Shown here: in pieces, positions 47,446 through 59,263 of the stretch
How the letters are laid out: each line of letters begins with the position of its first letter
How positions within the stretch are numbered: position 1 is the first letter of the stretch
NCBI GenBank assembly: GCA_001662655.1
Contig: KV460230.1
Strand: one strand, 5' to 3'
DNA: 64,000 nt
Source of the DNA: Pseudogymnoascus verrucosus
Taxonomy: Eukaryota
Notes under the pieces: model-generated
What the model saw: the letters and a program-made list of their open reading frames with translations, nothing else
Told to the model about the DNA's origin: nothing
Databases searched by the model: none
Program-made: the position numbers and the translations under genes

Positions 47446-49223
47446 ATGGATTCTGATAATGGCCCCAAGGCTACGGGTGGACCGGCCCATACCGACATCG
47501 TCAACATGGAAGACAAAGCTGAGAGAGATGTGGCTCACGAAGAGTTGAAGCCATCATATGGAGCGCAAAATGCTGAGGCTCAGGAAAAGACCATGACTCT
47601 CCTGGAGGCCATCAAGCTATATCCTACCGCCATCGGATGGTCTATGGTTCTCTCAACTGCACTCGTTATGGAGGGCTATGATCTTCTACTGCTTAGCAAT
47701 CTCTACGCTAGCCCTTTATTCAACCAGAAATACGGAGTTCTAGGAAGCAAGGGTTATGCGGTACCAGCCTCCTGGCAGAGCGGTCTCTCAAACGGTGCTC
47801 GCTGTGGCGAGATGCTGGGTTTAGCTATCAATGGAATAGTCTCTGAGAGATATGGGTACGTTTTATAACCACGGTGGACTGATCGTTTGTCCTGTAATTA
47901 ACATCTGGATAGGTACCGAAAGACAATGATCGGCTCGCTCATCATGATGATCTGTACAATTTTTATTCTCTTCTTCGCACCAAACGTCCAGGTCCTTTTG
48001 ATTGGCGAAATCCTATGTGGTGAGTCTTCCCACTTGCAAACAGCCAGTGAAAGTAGTTCCTTCGAAGTACTAACGTTTGATCAGGTATTCCATGGGGAGT
48101 TTTCCAGACACTCACTACTGCCTATGCGTCCGAAGTCAGCCCCGTTGTTCTTCGGCCATACCTAACGACCTACGTCAACTTATGCTGGGTGATGGGTCAA
48201 TTCATCGCTTCTGGTGTCCTTCGAGCCTCTCTCCAGAGAACAGATGAATGGGCTTATAAAATCCCTTTCGCAGTTCAATGGGTGTGGCCAGTTCCTCTCC
48301 TTGTTGGATGCTTTCTCGCACCGGAGTCTCCCTGGTGGGAAGTCAGGAGAGGCAACCGAGAGGGAGCCAAGCGTGCACTTGAGCGACTTACTTCTGCCAG
48401 CAACCCCCATTACACCGTCGAAGAAACACTGGATATGATTGAGCAAACCAACGAACTTGAAAAGTCATTGTCCGAAGGTACTAGTTACTGGGATTGCTTC
48501 AAGGGGGTCGATCGCCGCCGCACTGAAATCGTCTGTGGCGTCTGGCTGGTGCAGACCCTCTGCGGAACGAATGTCATGGGCTACTCGACGTATTTCCTCA
48601 AACAGGCTGGTCTCCCAACTGTTCAGTCATTCAATATGTCTCTTGGACAACAGGCCCTCGGCGTCGTCGGTACTCTTCTCTCTTGGTTCCTCATCTCGCG
48701 GGCAGGCCGCCGTACTATTTATCTTACCGGAGTCTCGATTCTATGCGTTATTCTAATGATCGTTGGCTTCATCTCTCTTGCGCCCTCAAGCAATACTTCC
48801 GCAACTTGGGCTATTGGCGTCATGCTGCTCGTCTTCACATTCATCTACGATTTTACAGTCGGTCCCGTCTGCTACTCCCTCGTCTCCGAGATATCTTCTA
48901 CTAGGCTGAAGACCAAAACCATCGTCCTCGCAAGAATCGGTTATAACATCAGCAACACCGTCATCAATGTCCTGACCAACTACCAACTTAATCCGACGGC
49001 CTGGGCATGGGGTGCAAAGACAGCCTTCTTTTGGGGCTGTACATGCTTCTGCTGTGTCGTATGGGTCTTCTTCCGCCTGCCTGAGCCTAAGGGCCGCACA
49101 TATGCAGAGATCGATATACTGTTCCAGAATGGTGTTTCCCCTAGGAAGTTCAAGACGACGGAGGTCGATACCTTCCATACTGGTCATTCCTCGGCACTCG
49201 AGAAGTCTGTATCAACCGCATAA
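47446..49223 (+). CDS. Maltose/alpha-glucoside permease (MFS sugar porter); introns 47856-47912 and 48020-48084
   Basis: MTLLEAIKLYP, MEGYD, ERYG|YRKT, AYASEV, YKIPFAVQWVWP, APESPWW, RRTEI and LPEPKGRTYAEIDILF. Confidence 0.95.
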
Positions 49224-50235
49224 GATATCAAATAACAGGGGGACAATATTCTGTAATATAGCACAACATATTTCACAGGCGGAGCGATTACTAAAAAACA
49301 CTAAAATTAACAATTATTATTACTATCAGTACACTTCCATTTATAATGACCCATATTTAACTATAATTGACTGTTATTCCCCTTGGACGTGCGGGCACTA
49401 TGCCCGTATTATTACATAGGCCACGGCGCCGTTGCCAGCCCTTAGAACCCACCTGCCAAGCAGATTCAGCGAAGTAATTATGATGTAACTAATAGCATTC
49501 TAGAAGACAATTTTTTGTATTCCTAGCTCCATAGCATGTTGTGCCCCTCTTTGCCGAGCGCTATCGTGGCTTCATCTTCGTTATTCTCCTTGCCAGCCAT
49601 TGTGACCGTCTCTGCGCCCTATGTCGGAAATATTCCAAGAATTTTGAAATGGGGTTTATTAAAGTCGAATGTCGACTAAACCGCCTTTGATGGTGCTGAG
49701 GCGGAGGGTAGTTGTTGTCGGCTCACAGGTCGGGGCGGCCATATGGATCCGGCCATGTAGATCAGCAAAGGTGCTGCGGGCCAAAGAAGCCGTGAAACAG
49801 GCCGTCAAGCCTGAACAACTCAAAGTGCAGGTTATCGACGTTCGAATATAAGTCGGATGACAACGGCGAATCCTTCGATCGATAATCGTCGGTTTGTAGC
49901 GTTTCAAAATATGGAGTCCCCGTCCTCCATCGAGTAAGTATATTCTCTCTTGACGTATTAAAGAGATGCTCTTTTCTCCTGGCGATCTTCGTCTTGCGAA
50001 ACTCGTGCTCTGTTATTTCGTTCACCTGTCTTTGTTATTTCGTTCACTTGTTTCGAAAGGAGTCGGGCTTCATCCCATCATGAGCATTGACGTAGACGCC
50101 TATCGTGTACCACAGCCGAAGTTTGGAGGAAAGCTTATGCAGCTAGTAACGATAAGTATGATAGAGAGACGGCATAGGCCCATGACATTCGTCAGCAAAA
50201 TTTGCTATAGCACCCACGATCGTTGTACCGAAATA

Positions 50236-51892
50236 TTAGCTCATGGAAGGCTGACGGAATGAATGGTCTTCCATATCGTGACCGGTCCACCCTTCACCTT
50301 CGCCAGGGCTGAATTTTTCGGACGGCGAAGCTGGATTCTCCAAGAAAGATGCCAAAGGCAAGGACCACGTTAAGGGATTCAGAAAGTTCGGCAGAACTTG
50401 GGAAATCTTTTCTTGGAGGAGAGGCAGAAACCTATCTTCTCCACCGCGCAACTTGGCTACCAAGGACAAAATATATGTCAAATAGTCTTTAGGCCCGAGG
50501 TCGGATATTGGAGGCTCTGGCGCAGAAGGAGGTGTATAAGCAATTACGTCGATAAGGACATAGGCTACATCGAATAGCTTTTCTACCTGTGAATGGCCCA
50601 GTTAATTATTTGTAATTCTGTGAGGAACGCTAGGTGGCTATACCAGGCCGATCCCGTGAATCTCCATGCTCTGTTGCGGTAGTCTGCAAGTCGAAATCGT
50701 GAGATCTCGTGCGATTTGGATCGGGTACTGGAAATTTAATGATTCGTGACTCGATACACTGGACAGAAATCCAAGTTTGTTGGAGAGTTGCCACACAATT
50801 AGCCGCAGCCATTGCTGAGTAACAAGCAGGTTCACCATCTGGATATCCGTGATATCAAGAGACGCCGAGGCAGAGTTTCTCACGTGCTCATCAAGGCTCA
50901 CGAGCCAGTCAACGGAACACGCAGAAAGTGTACCATTCCATAGGCCCAGAAATAATTCGTCAAAGGGACGAAAGAGGTTGACGAGATGCACGAATCCGGA
51001 GGCAGCAGTCTCTTTGCCGAGCTCTGCTATATCAGGACTTGACGAGGATAGAAGTAGGGTTAGTGGTCGGTGTTTGCGTATCGAATAAGGTCTATTGAAC
51101 GTATCAGCACTGGTTTAAACGTCAGCGATCCTATCATGTGTACCGTTCCGTGATTAAAAGCAACCAAAAGAGTTGGTTTGAAGCTAGAGAGCCCTGAGCA
51201 TTCCCTTCTGGAATGCCAGCCATATAAAGTGTCGTCGCCTCTCGCAGAAAGAACCACGCCTTATTCTGATCCTTAAGTGACCGATATGACCCATAAAGTA
51301 GAAACGAGGTTACTACAGCCTGAATTGAGGGTTGTATTAGAGGATTGGCACTTCTTCGAGCTTCAAGTGCTTCATTAATTAAAGCCTGTCCGTAGCCAAC
51401 ATCTGACTGTAATAGACTTCCATCAGGGTTTGATGAGGTATGATGGACACTTCCCGTTTGAATAATAATAAAGGCACAAAATGATACAATAAGGTAATAA
51501 GTCTCAGTGGTAGTGCTCATAATATCTCCCGAATAGTCCAGCATCTCACGTTGCAAAATCGGCAGCGTAGAGTAGAAATCGGCGAAAAAGAAATTGCTGC
51601 ATGCATCAATCGTGTCCGATGATAGCAGACCCGGCGTTCGGTGATATTCTGGCGATCTTGGGGGCCCTGCATTTTTATCTCGCTGGGCTATACTACCGTG
51701 TATATTCCCAATTTGAGAAGCTCGTAGCGCTGAGATAACATTCGCGCTCCTTCCTTGTCGCCCTTTTGGCTGGGGCCTGGTAAGGTATGTACATTGCAGA
51801 GATGAGTGCGTACAGGCAGAGCATGGCTTGTTGCCATCGCATTTTATCTTCCGACGACTACAGGCGTCACAGGCATGTTTCTGTGGTCGCAT
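50236..51892 (-). CDS. Zn2Cys6 transcription factor, MalR/AmyR-like; introns 51092-51143 and 50587-50643
   Basis: ACDACSRRKIKCDGNKPCSACTHSSLQC; KAWFFLREATT; FWLLLITER; HLVNLFRPFD; VTQQWLR; MEIHGIGL|VEKLFD. Confidence 0.88.
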
Positions 51893-52508
51893 ATTGAATG
51901 GCAGTTTGCCATTGGCAAAGAATAAATTGCGGATTGGATCAGAAGATGCGGAGGTTGGAAAGCTGTAATGAAGTGGATCTCTTGGCGAATAAGGTGGTAG
52001 TGGTCACGTTATCACCATCGGGTTGTATGGGGCAAAAACGTCAATGCTAAATGTGCTGTATTCTTTCCACTAATGATGAAGCTTACTCTCAAGAGGTCCT
52101 AGGAGACTGTTGTTCTAACTCCAAGATCAAGGATTATCTTTTGTCCACTACATTAGACGCAACAAGCATTCTCAAAAGACTAAATTAGTGCTGGTTGACA
52201 CTCAACCTAGCTCGGGCGAATGCTGTCCGTAATTAGCTTCGTATTACTTCTGAAATAATGGCGATCACTTTTCTAGTTTTGACTTCTAGTAGTTCCTTCC
52301 TAGCCGGAAAGTATTTCACCGTCTCTTTTCAGTATGAATCCTACGGGGAAGCGGGGTATATCCGATCGGTATATCCGATCCGTTCACATTTGCAGTTAGA
52401 CTATAGCTTTTTTAAACGGCAGCACAATGTCTACTAAAATTATTGACCGTACACAACTCACATCTCTACGTCTATCCCCCTTTTTGCTTTACTACCGATG
52501 TTAGTTTT

Positions 52509-54144
52509 CTAACACTCCCCCGTAGCGCTTCCCCCAACGCAAGGTGTGCCAGTGCAATTAAATCCGCTCGGGTTCGCAACATTGCCGCACAGGTACTCCG
52601 CAGCAGGAGCGCCGCTGGTAAGGTGCAACCCAACATTGACCATAGTGATATTTGTGCAGGGCGCCACGGCGCTGCATTGCAGACTCGCCACCCTCGCTGA
52701 CTTGCTATCGCCGTAGAGGCCGTCGATCTCCACGTTTCGGATCTGGAACTCAGAGTTGGTGCAGTTGCCCACACCCGGAGCACCGGAAAATCGAGTACAC
52801 TGCGAGATGGCAAAGGCGGCACCCCGGAGGCCGGTTGTGGTCAGGTTTTTAAGCGTCATGCCGGATGCGACTGGGAGGTCGATGCGTTAGTAGTGCTTTC
52901 CAAATAGAACGTGGGCCCGAGAAAGAAGGTATAGAAACTTACACCCGAGACCACCGCCGCCTCCATTAGGTGGGTAGCCGTTCTGGTCGGCTGTCCAGGT
53001 CTTGATATAGAACTATGATGTTGTGTTAGAAGTTTCATTCCACATGTGTCTAGATATTAGTCGTTGGAACTCACAGCATGAAGTGTGTTGACGTATTCGA
53101 TGTTCTCGGCCGTAACTCTCTCAATGGTCTCATATTGGCCATTGTACTGCCCAATGCTTCCCATCGCGATGCCCAAGCCGTTGTGGAACTTGCAGTTCTT
53201 GATGGTGATATCGGTGCTGTTGGCCTTCATCGACAAACTGTCGTCTCCGTTGTAAACGGTCCAGTTGTTAAACGTAATGTGAGACGACCGGATGGTATCC
53301 GCTCCGTCGGTGTTGGCTGTGTGGCAATATAGTCAGTAAATTGTTTCAGCTGCTCTTGATAGGCAAACTCACAGCTCTGTGCCCAGTTTCCAGTGTTGTT
53401 AACAAGAATGCTGTCAAGCAGGACATTGTGGGAGTAGATGATAGACATAGTCCTAGAGCAAATAATGTTAGTACAATGACGCTACACTTTCAATTCTTTG
53501 TCCCATTGCACCACTAGGGATAGAATTCGGCTAGTTACATACCACATCTGGCTCCTTAGGAATGTGAGACCTTTAACGACCGAGTTGGTGAGGTTACCGA
53601 AGGTCACAGCATGTGGCCGGCCGGGATAGTTGGAAGTGTTCGGCTGCTGTCTGATCCATTGGTACCAGTAATCGCCATTACCATCAAACGTTCCTGTCCC
53701 ATGGCCATTGATGCGAACATTATCACCGCCAATTATCAATGCGGTAGACTGGTTCTGGTACCCGACATCCATCGAGTTTTTGAGCCAGTATTGGATATCA
53801 GTACTCCACTAAGTGAGAAAGATGTCAGCAATCTGGTGCTTCAAGGTCGTATCAAGCCCCTTGGGAAGAAATACCAGAAGAGTGCCGTAGATATCAACGT
53901 CAACATCCTTGAGCCAGTCAATGTTCATGACCGAGTTGACGTAGTAATTGGTCGGCTCAAAAACGACCCTCCCCTTATGACCACACTTCTTGAACGCCTT
54001 CAGAATTGCCGGCGCATCGTCAGTAGCATTGCTGCCGCCGCTTTTGACCACACAACTCTTTCTGTGCTCCTTATCTTTGTTAGCTACTGAGCCGGATACG
54101 GCCAGTAGCAGGGTTAGCACAGTTGGGATGGATGACGACCACAT
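52509..54144 (-). CDS. Secreted GH28 exo-hydrolase, RgxB-like (rhamnogalacturonan alpha-L-rhamnosidase type); 6 exons (54144-53875, 53808-53543, 53452-53373, 53316-53075, 53012-52943, 52870-52509)
   Basis: Signal peptide; DDAPAI; YQNQSTA; NTDGADT; NGDD; GLGIAMGSIGQ; YIKTW; YPPNGGGGGLG. Confidence 0.85.
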
Positions 54145-55196
54145 TTTCGAAGGCGTGCTGTTCTTGCAAAACTACTGTCGAAGCGAAGTAACTGAGAAGG
54201 GTAGGGCTACGGCAAACTTAACTGTGGATGTCTCCTATTTATATTATACGACGTCCCCTGAATAAAAAATAGTATATTGCGGCTCTCCACGCCATTTCCT
54301 TGTCCGACCTGACCTGCATAGCGATCTCCTGGGGGTCGCAGGCAGGGACCTGATTTTACACGAATCAAAAAAGACAATTGCATCGCTTCGACAAAGAAGG
54401 TGCATCAGCCCTCTCGAGATCGTCAATCTTCGGCGTCGTCTAGACCGAGATGATCGTGCGGGGTCCGGATAGAAGGGGTGGCAGCCCCTGTGGACTGTTG
54501 GTCCGAGCTGCGGGGTTGCGGGGGTTGGGGTTGAATTTGGGTTTGGGTTTGCGGGTTACCGCGTTGCGGGGTTGCCGCGTTCCAAGGAAATGCATGGCTG
54601 ACTTTACATATACTGAGTCCCACCACTAGAAGCCAAGTTTAAACTCGCGGCCTTCCGCCATCGCTTGCACGTTAGCCTTGGCTATGTAAAATGGCGCTCG
54701 CACATATTTCATTTATTAAACAGCTCCACTGCAATCCTCTAGCGATGTAACTCGTCGATGTCGGACGAGATACTAACGAAATAAAGGACTCTACCTCGGG
54801 AAACCTTTCCCGAGCTCGTATAACCTGAGCAAGAGCCGTTGGAGAATAAAAAGTATCTAGATAAATTGAAAGACGTGGCGCTTCGCTCTGTGTCCGGTCT
54901 CCTGACGATTCGAAAGCGCCCTTTCTGGTTATAGGGAATATAGGCAGTGTCTGCTTTATTGTCTGGATATGTTTACCAGGCTTTTAGTTCCGTTTACAAT
55001 TATTTTCGAAGACTTTAGATATAAATCATTCTGTTTCATTGCCATGAGGCTAGTATAGGACATAATCTTAATTCAATGAGATCATTTTTCCGGCGAGAAT
55101 TCCATCTCGCACCAATACCCAATGCAACGCGTACACTTTTTGGCCATCCCAGCCGCTCCCTCTTTAAACATCCCCCAGGCTCAACTCCTAAGCCAC

Positions 55197-58100
55197 CTAA
55201 GCCGCTCCACCACGTCCTCCAATCTCGCCAATCTGCGCGGCATCGACCCCGATCTCCGGCAACGGCCTGCCCCTCTCCGACGGCTCGCTAATAAACTTAA
55301 TCATAGCCAAATACCTCAAGAACCGTCCAATATCCTCTCTCCCGATACCATATCCAACACCCTCATCCACACCAGTCCAGCGGTCCGCGTCAGCCTTCAG
55401 CACAGCAACTGCATTCCGATCGTCCAGCTCCGGCGCCCTAGTCGTGGCTGGCAGGTCATCCATGCAGAAATGGTACAGCGGCATTAGCGCGTGTTGCTCG
55501 AGATCCTTCTCCAGCGTGCCGGCGGACACGAACTTCTCGAGCTCCGACTTCCATTCCGCGTAGCTGACCTCGGGGGTCTTGTAGCCGTAGTACTCGAGGA
55601 TGGAGAGGTACTCGCTCATGCGTAGGCGGGGGTGAGCCGTGACATGGACGACGTGGACGCCGTTTGGTACGGGGTTGAATGCGGCAGCAACGACGACGCG
55701 CGCGACGTGGTTGACGGGCACGGCGTTGACGGTGTTGATGATGTGAGGACGTGCGGACAGCTGAATGCAGCCCTTGAGCATACGCACCAGGAAATCATCG
55801 ATGTTGCAGACACCAGTCTCGGAGTCACCCAGGATGTAACCTGGGCGGACAACAGAGCCGGAAAGACCGCGCTTTCCTGCCTCGCGGACAAGCTGCTCAG
55901 ACACCCACTTCGTTTGTCCGTATCCGGTGCCCAGGCCAGTCTTGCTGCCCATCATGTCATCGGACTCAAGTATGGCCCCTTGGCCTGTGCGGGTCATATC
56001 GTCGGAGAGCTTGATGTAGGTATCCGTGTCGAGAACACTGGTGGAGCTGACGAAGGAGAACTGCTTGGGCTTGCCTTCGTTGCAGAGCCTCAGCGCATCA
56101 ACGGTCGAGATGACATTCGCAGCCATCATATCTTGGTATCTCTTCACCCAGTGGACAGTGGCACCGTTGTGGATAACGACATCGACCTCATCTGCTAGAG
56201 TCTTCCAGGATGCATCATCAATGCCAAGCTGGGGCTGGGCGAGGTCACCGACAACGCAGCTGAGCCTCGACGCCCACTCATCCCTCCACAGGCCGTAGCC
56301 GCGAAGCGAGCGCTGCAGACGATCAAGAGCACCTGCCAAATCCTTAGCACCTCGTACGTGTGCGACGAGCTTGACGCTGCGGCGTGTACGCGTGAGAATA
56401 TCCTTGACTAGGTAGGAGCCCAAGAAACCAGTAGCTCCTGTGAGGAAGACTGTAATGTTCTCCGAATCAGCAAGTGCTTGTGGATCTGCGGTCTGGAATT
56501 TGGCGGGCAAGTTGTTTATCAGCTCCTCCAGGGACCTAGAGTAAGCAAGGTCGGTCTCTTCGGCCGCTGCGACTTTGCCGCTGCGAGCCTCTTCAATCTT
56601 CTTGTCCACCTCGGCACTGAACTGAGACAGGGTAGGGAACTTGTAGAGACTGTTAATAGACACCTCCGCGCCCATCTCCTTTCGGACGTTCAACAAGAAC
56701 TGCTGTGCGAGAAGACTGTGTCCGCCCAGGTCGAAGAAGCCATTGTCGCGTCTGATCGTCTTCGGGTTGAAACCGCGAATGAGATCAGCCCATTTCTGGG
56801 CTACTGTCCGTTCAGTCTCTGTAAGAGACTCCCAGTTCTTCAAGTCCTCCTCAGACGCGTCTTCAGTGCGCTCTGCCACATCGGGGAACGGAAGGTTCGG
56901 CTTATCAACCTTGCCGTTCGGGTTCAACGGAAGCTTGTTGAGAACGATGTAAATCGTAGGGACTGCGTATGCCGGCAGGCGAGCCTTCAAATGGTCCCAC
57001 ACTTCGGTCGTCATTCTCCTGAACTTCTTGGCGTAGACAATCACGGTTCCCATCTCAGTTCCTTCGTCTTCGATATCCTCCACTCCTGATGCAGCTAACC
57101 AACGGCGCCACTCTGCCAACTCTGGCACGATATAGCTGACCAGTGTTGGCTCTTCGTTACGATCCCTTCGAACAAGCGTCTTGCAATCCCGGATCAAGGC
57201 GTTCTGGCTCAAGTTGCTGTCGATATCGTTCAGCTCAATACGGAAGCCACGAATCTTGACCTGGTCATCTGCACGACCTGTACACTCAACATCACCCGAC
57301 TCCATGTACCGTCCGAGATCACCTGTGCGGTAAAGCCTATCTCTAGGCCCCTTGTAATATTGCCTCCACGGCTCATCCTTGCTTATTTTCTTGTCCTCCT
57401 CCACCCACTTCTCGTTGTCAACGAACCAGTTCATCAAGAACCTCGTCTCATTCAGAGCTGGATCCCCCAAATAGCCTTCGGCCAGACCGGCCGCGCGGAC
57501 GTATAGCTCACCAACCTCGCCAACCCCACAAAGCTTATTTCGGTCTTCCCTGTTCACAACCAGGAGCTGGACATTCTCCATGCCTTTTCCAGCTGGGACA
57601 GTATCCTTGAGCTTCTCTAAGCAATCCGCATCCTTCGCGCGACTCGGAAGTTCATAGTAGCTGACTGCTCTCTGGGTCTCGGTGGTTCCATACATGTTGA
57701 TGATGTTGGCATTAATAGCAAGTCGTCTGAGGGCGCGGCAGTCCCTGATCGTCAACACATCACCAACGAAGAAGACACGCTCCAAGGACGGGAACTCTGC
57801 CGTTGCACCTCCAACTAGAATCTGACCCATGGCTGGGGTGAGATGAGTAACCGTAGGCTTGTGTTCGCGCATCCACTCGGCGAGCTTCTCGTGCTGGATA
57901 TCTTCCCTTGACGGGACCAGCAATTGTGCACCCAGGAATAGCGGTGTGAAGATATCGCGCTGAATCGGGTCGTGAGCCAAACCAGAAAGCAGAGTAAACT
58001 TGCTCTCCGATGAAAGCTGGAAGCGCTCCGCCATCCAGCCAAAGTATCTAGTCAAACTGTAATGGCGACCAAGGACGCCCTTGGGGCGGCCTTCGCTTCC

Positions 58101-58715
58101 CGAGGTAAATGATAGTGTCGGGTTCGAATCCGGGCCCACGATCACATCAGGCGGCGTCGACGCATGCTCTCTAACGTTATGGAATACATCCTTGCCGTCG
58201 ACTTCACCTCCAGACAGAGTTCCATCGTCAAGAAGACGCAGATCAGGAACCACAGTCTTGAGGTTAAGCTGCTCGTCGATATACTTCTGCACCACCGGGG
58301 CAAGCGGTCCATTCTCGTCCGTCGCGCTACCAATCTTGATCAGCGCACGCGGCTGCGAGACCTCGAGGTAAATCTGCTGCCTCGCCGGCGGGTATGCCGG
58401 GTCCAGGACCGCCATTGTCGCTCCAGCGGTCAAGGTGCCCATCAAACTAATGACGAGGTCGACGGACCGGTGGGCCCAGATCATGACGACGTCGCCATTT
58501 GTGACGCCCGCCTCGCGGAGGTAGCGCGCGGTGATATTCGAGGCCTCGTAGATCTGGCGGTAGGTGAAGCGCCTCTCGGGGCTGGTGGATGACTTCGTCT
58601 CGAACACGCAGGTTCGGTCTGGGTGTGACTCAGCGGCTGCGCGGAAGCGCTCGTGGATTGAGCCGACATAACCAGACCAGTCGAGGTCGATGGTCGGATC
58701 GGGTAATTGATCCAT
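55197..58715 (-). CDS. LYS2: L-alpha-aminoadipate reductase (A-T-R domains), single exon
   Basis: FTSGSEGRPKGV, HDPIQRD, YGTTETQRAVSY, YRTGDLGR, PCP motif FFDLGGHSL, reductase TGATGFLG and GYGQTKW. Confidence 0.96.
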   Translation of the reverse strand: MDQLPDPTIDLDWSGYVGSIHERFRAAAESHPDRTCVFETKSSTSPERRFTYRQIYEASNITARYLREAGVTNGDVVMIWAHRSVDLVISLMGTLTAGATMAVLDPAYPPARQQIYLEVSQPRALIKIGSATDENGPLAPVVQKYIDEQLNLKTVVPDLRLLDDGTLSGGEVDGKDVFHNVREHASTPPDVIVGPDSNPTLSFTSGSEGRPKGVLGRHYSLTRYFGWMAERFQLSSESKFTLLSGLAHDPIQRDIFTPLFLGAQLLVPSREDIQHEKLAEWMREHKPTVTHLTPAMGQILVGGATAEFPSLERVFFVGDVLTIRDCRALRRLAINANIINMYGTTETQRAVSYYELPSRAKDADCLEKLKDTVPAGKGMENVQLLVVNREDRNKLCGVGEVGELYVRAAGLAEGYLGDPALNETRFLMNWFVDNEKWVEEDKKISKDEPWRQYYKGPRDRLYRTGDLGRYMESGDVECTGRADDQVKIRGFRIELNDIDSNLSQNALIRDCKTLVRRDRNEEPTLVSYIVPELAEWRRWLAASGVEDIEDEGTEMGTVIVYAKKFRRMTTEVWDHLKARLPAYAVPTIYIVLNKLPLNPNGKVDKPNLPFPDVAERTEDASEEDLKNWESLTETERTVAQKWADLIRGFNPKTIRRDNGFFDLGGHSLLAQQFLLNVRKEMGAEVSINSLYKFPTLSQFSAEVDKKIEEARSGKVAAAEETDLAYSRSLEELINNLPAKFQTADPQALADSENITVFLTGATGFLGSYLVKDILTRTRRSVKLVAHVRGAKDLAGALDRLQRSLRGYGLWRDEWASRLSCVVGDLAQPQLGIDDASWKTLADEVDVVIHNGATVHWVKRYQDMMAANVISTVDALRLCNEGKPKQFSFVSSTSVLDTDTYIKLSDDMTRTGQGAILESDDMMGSKTGLGTGYGQTKWVSEQLVREAGKRGLSGSVVRPGYILGDSETGVCNIDDFLVRMLKGCIQLSARPHIINTVNAVPVNHVARVVVAAAFNPVPNGVHVVHVTAHPRLRMSEYLSILEYYGYKTPEVSYAEWKSELEKFVSAGTLEKDLEQHALMPLYHFCMDDLPATTRAPELDDRNAVAVLKADADRWTGVDEGVGYGIGREDIGRFLRYLAMIKFISEPSERGRPLPEIGVDAAQIGEIGGRGGAA

Positions 58716-58775
58716 AGGGGCGGTGGTATCCCTATACTATTTTGTTGATTTCGGAGGTTGAGAAGGTGAATATGG

Positions 58776-58782
58776 TGAGTCA
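58776..58782. promoter_or_regulatory. Gcn4/CpcA-type site TGAGTCA just upstream of LYS2
   Basis: Perfect TGA(C/G)TCA about 60 nt from the LYS2 ATG; LYS2 is a typical cross-pathway-control target. Confidence 0.4.
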
Positions 58783-59263
58783 ATGAGGAGGGAAAGAATT
58801 ACAATGTTGAGGTTTCGTTAATAAATTTTGGGCAGGGCTCTCCGACAGCGGGAGGGGTCGAAAGTTGCGACGCTAAAACCCAACGCGGGGTGATGTCACA
58901 CAGACATCGTCCCACTCATATCGATACACGTCCCCAGTGTACTTGAGCTAAACCACTTATTAACTACACAAATACACAAAATGTGAATATAACCATTATA
59001 ATTATATTTACAACCTTCAATCAGTCTCTACTTGTCACTAATCCGACTCATATAGGACAATCACTCGCAAGCGTGAGCAACGATCTAGATTAAAGGGCGT
59101 GCAGGGGCAGGGATAACCAACTGGTGCCTACGACCCCTCCTCGTTACCCCGCCATACCACATATGAGAAGTTATATATCCTTCTCAACTCTAAATTTTCT
59201 GTCTCCGTACCATCTCAAGAACCCTTCTTGACTTCCATCTCATCTCAATATTCACTCTCCAAA

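Noticed and set aside
55197..58715. NRPS-like A-T-R enzyme next to a hydrolase and a Zn2Cys6 TF, suggesting a secondary-metabolite cluster
   Set aside because: Motifs identify primary-metabolism LYS2; its shorter length than yeast Lys2 is, from recall, normal for many filamentous fungi; no tailoring genes are nearby
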